Assembly (NCBI GenBank): GCA_022562795.1
Contig: JADFOP010000006.1
Location: forward strand, 1 to 64,000
Length of the DNA: 64,000 nucleotides
Source of the DNA: Nitrospinota bacterium
GTDB taxonomy: Bacteria > JADFOP01
Direction: 5' to 3'
Positions 58,146-64,000 of this stretch are shown here, in pieces. Each line of letters starts with the position of its first letter. The stretch's first letter is position 1. The position numbers and the translations under genes were made by a program. The notes under the pieces were generated by a model. That model was not told where the DNA came from, searched no databases, and saw only the letters and a list, made by a program, of their open reading frames with translations.

Positions 58146-59828
58146 CTACATTGCCTCCGGCGCCGACACACCCAGCAGCCCCAGAGCGTTGGCCAGCACC
58201 TGCCTTACGGCTTGGACGAGCACGATCCTCGCTGCCGTGAGGGCCTTATCAGGCCCTAAAACGCGGAAGGCCGGCTCGGTGTTCCCGAGATTGTAATACT
58301 GATGAAACTGTGCGGCCAACTCTTGGAGATAAAAGACCAGCCGATGGGGCTCGTAGGCCTGCGCCGCATCGACCACGAGCTCCTCGAAGCGGAGCAGCGT
58401 CACCATGAGGGCCCGCTCCTGCGGCATTTGCAGGGGCTCCAAGTCTGCGGAGGCCGTCTCGGGCAACGCCACCCGTCGAGTGAGAGCTTCCCGCATGATG
58501 CTGCAGATGCGGGCATGGGCATACTGGACGTAAAAGACCGGATTCTCCGACGTCTTCTGCTTGGCCAGCTCAAGATCGAAGTCGAGGTGGCTGTCGGAGC
58601 TGCGCATGAGAAAGAAGAAGCGAGCGGCGTCTCGCCCAACCTCGTCCATCACCTCCCGGAGAGTGACAAACTCCCCGGCCCGGGTGCTCATAGCCACGGG
58701 CTCTCCTCCCCGAAGGAGGGTCACGAACTGAACGAGCACGATATGCAGTGAATCAGGATCGTGCCCCAACGCCTTCATGGCTGCACTAATCCGCGGAATG
58801 TGACCGTGGTGGTCGGCGCCCCATACGTCAATTACCGTCTTGAATCCCCGCTCGTACTTCTCCTGGTGATAGGCAATGTCGCTGGCTAGATATGTGGGCC
58901 GTCCATCCTCTCGCACAACCACCCGGTCCTTCTCGTCGCCGAGGGCGCTGGATTTGAACCACCGAGCCCCATCCCGCTCGTAGAGGTAGCCCGCCTCTTC
59001 CAATGCGTCAAGTGCCCGGTCCACCCGGCCGGACTTAAAGAGACTATCCTCGCTGAACCAACGGTCGTAGGCGACACCGAAGTCCCCTAAATCGGCCTCG
59101 ATGCCACCAAGGAGTGTCTCGGCGGCGAATGCGGTGAAGGTCGGCAAGACAGCGCTCTTATCTTTGTCGAGGTGAGCGGGCCCGTCGCGCTCGATGATAC
59201 GGCGGGCGATGTCGGATATATAGGCCCCTTTGTAGCCGTCATCTGGTAGGGGTTCGTCTCTGCCCAGCTCCTGGCAGTAGCGGCCGTAGGTGGAGAGGCC
59301 GAGCGCATCCATTTGAGATCCAACGTCATTGATATAGTACTCTTTTTGGACTGCAAACCCGGCAGCTTCGAGCATGGAAGCCAGAACGTCGCCCACGGCC
59401 GCACCTCGACCATGACCCACGTGGAGAGGGCCTGTCGGATTTGCGCTTACGAACTCCACCTGTACAGGGCGTCCCCGGCCGACGCTCGAGCGGCCGTAAT
59501 CTGGCCCAGCAACTAAGATTGCCCTTAAGCCATCTCTAAGAAGGGCGCCCGCAAGACGGAAATTGATGAAACCCGGCCCCGCCACCTCGACTGATTCGAA
59601 GACATCGCGATGGGTCTCCAGACGAGGCTGGATCGCTTCGGCCAGATCTCTAGGGGATTTCCGGAGAGGACGGGCGAGCACTAGGGCCACGTTGGTGGCA
59701 AGGTCGCCGTGGCTAGGGTCTTTCGGCCGTTCCACGACGAACGTCCCCGCTTCAACAGGAGGCCTCTCCCCAACCAATCCAGCCTCTTCCAGGGCCTCCT
59801 CCACAATGGTCCGCACCCGCGTTCTCAT
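58146..59828 (-). CDS. argS: Arginine--tRNA ligase
   Basis: AGPGFINF, EFVSANPTGPLHVGHGR, GADHHGH, MSTRAG, YVQYAHAR. Start at ATG 59828 (GAGG SD). Confidence 0.96.
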   Translation of the reverse strand: MRTRVRTIVEEALEEAGLVGERPPVEAGTFVVERPKDPSHGDLATNVALVLARPLRKSPRDLAEAIQPRLETHRDVFESVEVAGPGFINFRLAGALLRDGLRAILVAGPDYGRSSVGRGRPVQVEFVSANPTGPLHVGHGRGAAVGDVLASMLEAAGFAVQKEYYINDVGSQMDALGLSTYGRYCQELGRDEPLPDDGYKGAYISDIARRIIERDGPAHLDKDKSAVLPTFTAFAAETLLGGIEADLGDFGVAYDRWFSEDSLFKSGRVDRALDALEEAGYLYERDGARWFKSSALGDEKDRVVVREDGRPTYLASDIAYHQEKYERGFKTVIDVWGADHHGHIPRISAAMKALGHDPDSLHIVLVQFVTLLRGGEPVAMSTRAGEFVTLREVMDEVGRDAARFFFLMRSSDSHLDFDLELAKQKTSENPVFYVQYAHARICSIMREALTRRVALPETASADLEPLQMPQERALMVTLLRFEELVVDAAQAYEPHRLVFYLQELAAQFHQYYNLGNTEPAFRVLGPDKALTAARIVLVQAVRQVLANALGLLGVSAPEAM

Positions 59829-59926
59829 GGACACCTCACTTACCCTGCACGAATCGGGCGCTTGAAAAGAGATTTCGCGGTGAGCACGAAGGATAATGAG
59901 ACAGGCCGGCCGTAAGGCCGTAGACG

Positions 59927-60595
59927 TCATTTGAGGATGCGGGCAATGACCTCATCCCAATTGACATTGGTCGCGTCGTCTTTGGTAATGGGGGACATGT
60001 CTCGAAACTTTTTCGCCTCCTTGAAATTGCTGAAGGCGCTCACCCTGGGCTTGCGGGCTTTCCCGCGCCTGCGACGTCCTGCCGCCGCGAGTCCACGGCG
60101 TGGCTTAGTAACCTTGAAACGCTTAATGGCTCGTTGCTGGCGGCGAGAGGCATCGTGGATTTTTTCCGCCGTCTCGCGCAGCTCAATGGCGCATTGCTCC
60201 AAGTTCTTCACAAGATCTCCAAGAAGGTCGCCCTCGGGCTGGCTGGGCGGGTCAGTCCCGGGAAGATTGCTCGCGGCGCGGTAGACGGCAAACTTTTTGG
60301 GATCCAAGCGTTGGGCCCGAACCATGGCAGCGTGAGCCTCCGTATGCCGCCCCTGGTGATAGATCGCAACTCCCAAATAGAGGTGGGCAAGAAAGTGCCC
60401 GTCCTGGCGGGCCAGCACGCGGGAGAAGGCCGCCTCGGCCTCAGCCCATCGAGATTCATTAATGGCCCTGACCCCCGCCTGAAAGTGTCGGCGGACGGTA
60501 TGGTCAAGGGATTGGCGGCGCTGGAGAAGGGAGAAGCGAAGAGAATTCCAAAGGGCCCGTATGCTGCTCCACAACCCCCCAGCCCTTCGAGCCAT
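59927..60595 (-). CDS. TPR-repeat protein with uncharacterised C-terminal segment
   Basis: Two TPR-like repeats (AEAEAAFSRVL...AHLYLGVAIYHQGRHTEA...AQRLDP); AGGAGG SD. Confidence 0.7.
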   Translation of the reverse strand: MARRAGGLWSSIRALWNSLRFSLLQRRQSLDHTVRRHFQAGVRAINESRWAEAEAAFSRVLARQDGHFLAHLYLGVAIYHQGRHTEAHAAMVRAQRLDPKKFAVYRAASNLPGTDPPSQPEGDLLGDLVKNLEQCAIELRETAEKIHDASRRQQRAIKRFKVTKPRRGLAAAGRRRRGKARKPRVSAFSNFKEAKKFRDMSPITKDDATNVNWDEVIARILK

Positions 60596-60683
60596 GTCTC
60601 CGGCCTCCTACATCGAATGCGGATTAAAACATATGATACCAATTCGATGGGCGGAGCGTCAAGGGGGCTGGGAGCAATTTCCC

Positions 60684-60712
60684 TTGAAACCCCCGATGAG
60701 ACGCCATATTAT
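60684..60712 (+). promoter_or_regulatory. Putative promoter of ccdA
   Basis: TTGAAA-17 nt-TATTAT. A divergent minus-strand TTGACG-18 nt-TATCAT at 60633-60662 would serve the TPR-argS unit. Confidence 0.5.
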
Positions 60713-60755
60713 TGAAGCGCTCAACAGCGCGGAGCTGACCGAGGGGCAAAACAAT

Positions 60756-61502
60756 ATGGAAGGTGGCGCCAACTTATCGATTCTTATAGCCCTAGGCGCG
60801 GGGCTTCTCTCGTTCCTCTCGCCTTGCGTCCTTCCCCTCTTCCCGAGCTATCTCTCGCTCATCACCGGCACCAGCCTCACAGACCTCGAAGCCTCCCACG
60901 ACCAGCGGATGGTGCGATGGGCGGTCATCGGCAACTCCCTGGCTTTCATCTCAGGGTTCTCGGCAATCTTCATCGCCCTAGGCGCCTCCTTTAGCCTCGC
61001 TGGCCGGTTGCTCCTCATCTATCAAGACATTTTCCGCACCCTGGGCGGCATTCTCATCGTGTTTTTCGGCATCTACATTACTGGCATCTTGAAGATCCCC
61101 GCCCTCGCCCGCTATTATCAGCTTTCGCCACGTGAAAAACCCACCGGCTACATCGGAAGCGGGTTAGTGGGAGCGACCTTCGCCGTCGCGTGGACGCCGT
61201 GTGTGGGCCCCATCCTTGGGGCCATTCTCCTGCTGGCCTCGACCCAAGAGACCGTCAGGGCGGGAGTCGTCATGCTGATAGCTTACTCGGCGGGCCTAGC
61301 GATTCCGTTCTTCCTGAGTGCCCTTGCCGTCAACTCCTTCTTCGCCTTCTCCCGCACCTTCCGCCGCTACATCCAGGGCGTCCACATCACCGGGGGCCTG
61401 ATCCTCATTGCCGTCGGACTCTTGTTGATCACCAACTACTTCACCATCCTGAACGCCTATGCGCTGAAGCTCACCCCGAAGTGGCTGATCCAGTACCTCT
61501 AG
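60756..61502 (+). CDS. ccdA: Cytochrome c biogenesis / disulfide electron transfer membrane protein CcdA
   Basis: AGLLSFLSPCVLPL, AWTPCVGPILG, YSAGLAIPF. Start moved to ATG 60756. Confidence 0.92.
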   Translation: MEGGANLSILIALGAGLLSFLSPCVLPLFPSYLSLITGTSLTDLEASHDQRMVRWAVIGNSLAFISGFSAIFIALGASFSLAGRLLLIYQDIFRTLGGILIVFFGIYITGILKIPALARYYQLSPREKPTGYIGSGLVGATFAVAWTPCVGPILGAILLLASTQETVRAGVVMLIAYSAGLAIPFFLSALAVNSFFAFSRTFRRYIQGVHITGGLILIAVGLLLITNYFTILNAYALKLTPKWLIQYL

Positions 61503-61531
61503 CCAGGGGTAGGCTCGCCCAATCACACGAT

Positions 61532-62161
61532 CTACTGCGCGGTGCGGGACGTGGGTTTTAGTGCCGAACGACCTGAACCGGGCCCGGAAGCTCCTTCGGC
61601 CTGCTCGACAAGCTTAACGATTCGCTGAACGGTGACCTCATCGGCCCAGTTGCGTCCGCCGATGACCCGCTCGGTTATTACCCCGCTCCCATCGATGAGA
61701 AAGCTCTCGGGGACTCCGTTCGTCCCATAAAGGCGGGTTATCCGACCTCGGGGGTCCAGGAGAATGGGGAAAGGCAGGTTGAACTCATCCTTGAATAACT
61801 TTACGCTTCGCGCATCTCTGTCAATGGAGATAGCGAGAATCACAAACCGCCTGCCCCGGAGGTGATCGTAGAGCCGCTCCAGGGAGGGCATCTCATCCCT
61901 GCAAGGCACACACCAAGTGGCCCATATGTTGATAAGCACCACCTGGCCGCGGAAATCCTCCAGAGCCACGGTCTCGCCCTCGATCGTCTTAAAGGCGAAG
62001 TCCTGCGCCTTGATGCCCTTGCCCATAGGCTGAAAGACCTCCGTATCGGGCCACTTCAAAACGAGCACAATTGCTACCGTAGCGAGGATCGCAACGACGA
62101 CCAAGGCCAATCTGGCTCTGCTGGCTGACCGAGGTAATCGCGCGGCCTCTTGTTCTTTCAT
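61532..62161 (-). CDS. TlpA/ResA-family thiol-disulfide oxidoreductase (CVPC)
   Basis: N-terminal TM; NIWATWCVPCRDEMPSL; GVPESFLID. Start at ATG 62161 (GGGGAG SD). Confidence 0.92.
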   Translation of the reverse strand: MKEQEAARLPRSASRARLALVVVAILATVAIVLVLKWPDTEVFQPMGKGIKAQDFAFKTIEGETVALEDFRGQVVLINIWATWCVPCRDEMPSLERLYDHLRGRRFVILAISIDRDARSVKLFKDEFNLPFPILLDPRGRITRLYGTNGVPESFLIDGSGVITERVIGGRNWADEVTVQRIVKLVEQAEGASGPGSGRSALKPTSRTAQ

Positions 62162-62349
62162 AGCTCCCCATCCCTGGATGAAAAAGGCAGCTCCTGCCCT
62201 TGCCAATAATGGATTGTAGCCCCACCCCACGCTCTCTGGCCAAAGAAGACTTGACAGAGGCCCGACCCGCCTCTTATATTGTGATACCCTGTAAAATAAG
62301 GGGTTTGTGGTAAACTTGCAACCGTTGGCCTTATACGAGAGACCCCTTC

Positions 62350-63141
62350 ATGAGGCCCTCTTTCCACGCTCTTCTTCTTTCGCCCCCACTTAAGGTAGCT
62401 TTTTCCCTTTGCCTCGTGACCATTATGGCCTCCGGTTGCGGCTTTTTCCATAAGGAACCAACTCCGACCGAGCCATCGGCGCTTCTCTCATTTGGCCAAG
62501 AGAAACTGGCAGAGAAGCGTTTCTCGAAGGCCAAAGAACAATTCGAGCGGGTTCTCGAGACCACATCCGACAATGAACTTCGCCTCCAGGCCCTAATCAA
62601 CCTTGCCGACACCCTCTACAAGAATGCCGAGTACGAAGAGGCTCGTTTTCAATACAGAAAGTTTCTCGAGCTGTACCCCGTCCATCCCCTGGCACCGAGG
62701 GCTCAATTCCAGCTCGCCATGTGCAGCTTCGCGGAAATCAAGACCCCCGACCGCGACCAGGCGATTACCCTCGAGGCCCTCCGCCAGTTTGAGCGATTTC
62801 TCCAATCCTACCCAGACCATCCCCTCGCGTCTGAAGCCGAGCAACGTCATGCCTTTTGCATCAATCGCCTGGCTGAGCACGACCTACTGGTTGCCCGATT
62901 CTATTACAAGCTAGGAAAGTACCACTCCGCGATAAACCGCCTCTCGGCCCTCCTGGACAGTTATCCCGACTTTGCCCAGAACGACAAGGCTCTCTACCTC
63001 TTGGGCCAGTCGTACGAAGAAGAGGAGAGCCTTGAAAAAGCCCAGGCGGCTTTCGTTCGCCTAGTCAATGAACATCCCGACAGCGGCTATGCTTCGAGTG
63101 CAAAGAGGGCTCTAAGAAAGTGGCGAAAGAAAGGAGGATGA
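62350..63141 (+). CDS. bamD: Outer membrane protein assembly factor BamD
   Basis: Lipobox ASG-C; TPR repeats; FLELYP, PDRDQ, LAEHDLLVARFY, SAINR. Confidence 0.9.
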   Translation: MRPSFHALLLSPPLKVAFSLCLVTIMASGCGFFHKEPTPTEPSALLSFGQEKLAEKRFSKAKEQFERVLETTSDNELRLQALINLADTLYKNAEYEEARFQYRKFLELYPVHPLAPRAQFQLAMCSFAEIKTPDRDQAITLEALRQFERFLQSYPDHPLASEAEQRHAFCINRLAEHDLLVARFYYKLGKYHSAINRLSALLDSYPDFAQNDKALYLLGQSYEEEESLEKAQAAFVRLVNEHPDSGYASSAKRALRKWRKKGG

Positions 63142-63222
63142 AAGGAACTAAGAACGGCGAACACAGCAAGAACTTAATTGTCCAGTTTCCCAGAGGCTAA
63201 AGAGGTTCGGGACGAAATAGAC

Positions 63223-63252
63223 CTTGACAATACCAGACTCATATATCATAAT
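63223..63252 (+). promoter_or_regulatory. sigma70 promoter of hsp20-hspR overlapped by a HAIR-like operator
   Basis: TTGACA(63224)-17 nt-CATAAT(63247). CTTGACA-N7-ACTCATA (63223-63243) versus the HAIR consensus CTTGAGT-N7-ACTCAAG. Confidence 0.65.
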
Positions 63253-63308
63253 ATGAAATAAAGCAACCTGCACGCTATTTCCGCCTTGCTGGCGCGAAGG
63301 TAAGTGCG

Positions 63309-63728
63309 ATGACAAATAACCTCCGGCCCATATTTCAGGACCTTCTCACGATTCAGGAGCAAATGAACAGCCTTTTTGGCGATATTTCACTTAAGACCCA
63401 AAACACTCCGCCCCCATCAGAGAGTTTCTCACCTCCCGTAGATATTTACGAGACGGCCGGCGAGGTCATCCTGGTGGCTGAGGTCCCCGGCATGAAAGAA
63501 GATGAGGTCGAGCTCGAAATCACCGACAACCTGCTCACCCTCAAGGGCGATCGGAAGCTCGAGCGCGGAAGTCCCGAAGATTCCATACATTTTTTGGAAC
63601 GGTCCCACGGTTCATTCGTTCGAACCTTTACCCTGCCCGGCACGGTGCAGCAGGACAAGGCCAAAGCGACTCTCAAAGACGGGCTCCTCAAGGTGGTTTT
63701 GCCCAAGGTGAAGGTCGCCTCCCAATGA
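63309..63728 (+). CDS. Hsp20/alpha-crystallin small heat shock protein
   Basis: PPVDIYET, AEVPGM, LTLKGDRK, ERSHGSFVRTFTLP, ATLKDGLLKVVLPK. Confidence 0.93.
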   Translation: MTNNLRPIFQDLLTIQEQMNSLFGDISLKTQNTPPPSESFSPPVDIYETAGEVILVAEVPGMKEDEVELEITDNLLTLKGDRKLERGSPEDSIHFLERSHGSFVRTFTLPGTVQQDKAKATLKDGLLKVVLPKVKVASQ

Positions 63729-63798
63729 GGTTGAGATCGAGAAGGATAGAAAGGCAAGTGAGTGTCCGGGCTGTTGCATTCCAAGGAGAATCGCTACC

Positions 63799-64000
63799 AT
63801 GGTGAGGACCAATGAGCCCGTCTTCATGATCAGCATTGTGGCGCATATGCTTAGCATCCATCCGCAAACGCTGCGCCTCTACGAACGGGAGGGGTTCATC
63901 AAACCATCCCGAACCCTTGGCAACACGCGCCTCTACTCTCAAGACGATGTCGAGGAGATTCGCACCGTTCTCCGGCTCACCCGGGAACTGGGTGTCAATC
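63799..64000 (+). CDS. hspR: MerR-family heat-shock repressor HspR; partial, runs off the right edge
   Basis: Not in the ORF track. MVRTNEPVFMISIVAHMLSIHPQTLRLYEREGFIKPSRTLGNTRLYSQDDVEEIRTVLRLTRELGVN; AAGGAG SD. HPQTLRxYE and LTRELGVN are HspR-type signatures. Confidence 0.85.
   Translation, partial: MVRTNEPVFMISIVAHMLSIHPQTLRLYEREGFIKPSRTLGNTRLYSQDDVEEIRTVLRLTRELGVN

Noticed and set aside
60561-60755. N-terminal extension of ccdA given by the ORF track
   Set aside because: It spans the divergent promoters and overlaps the TPR gene start. ATG 60756 gives a normal-length CcdA.

Overview
64 kb of a GC-rich diderm (Gram-negative-type) bacterial chromosome, mostly core genes and mostly on the minus strand. 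Gene content and order (hom-thrC-apgM-lysC, phoH-7TM/HD-ybeY-HIT-lapA, leuS-lptE-holA, hsp20-hspR, split glutamate synthase) suggest a Nitrospinota/Tectomicrobia/Deltaproteobacteria-like lineage; this is inference only. From left to right the window holds: an envelope cluster (DxDxDG-repeat protein, long TonB-family protein, secreted protein, glycine-zipper lipoprotein); an AsmA/YhdP-like protein; crotonase; an envelope protein quality-control cluster (M16 peptidase, DegP/Q, TlpA-like protein, lgt, anti-sigma, DsbA-like protein); recO-era, aspS, glnD, xerD, murJ, rpsT, holA-lptE-leuS; an FMN-riboswitch-led rib operon; ppdK, glyQS, the Thr pathway genes, gltB1/gltB3, argS, ccdA, tlpA, bamD and hsp20-hspR. 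I saw no rRNA, tRNA, CRISPR array, transposase or prophage. Best signals: (1) a hidden selenoprotein, a lipoprotein DsbA-like oxidoreductase with a UxxC motif and a SECIS-like hairpin that the ORF track splits in two; (2) in the same cluster, a TlpA-like protein with no Cys in its active-site motif and an orphan anti-sigma factor; (3) tandem duplicated hairpins in the glyQS leader; (4) a stand-alone RelA/SpoT-type ACT protein behind a sigma54-like promoter; (5) a hairpin-dense intergenic ncRNA candidate; (6) a metallophosphoesterase coupled to the FMN-regulated rib operon; (7) a HAIR-like operator over the hsp20-hspR promoter. All family assignments come from motif recognition by eye; no database search or folding program was run.
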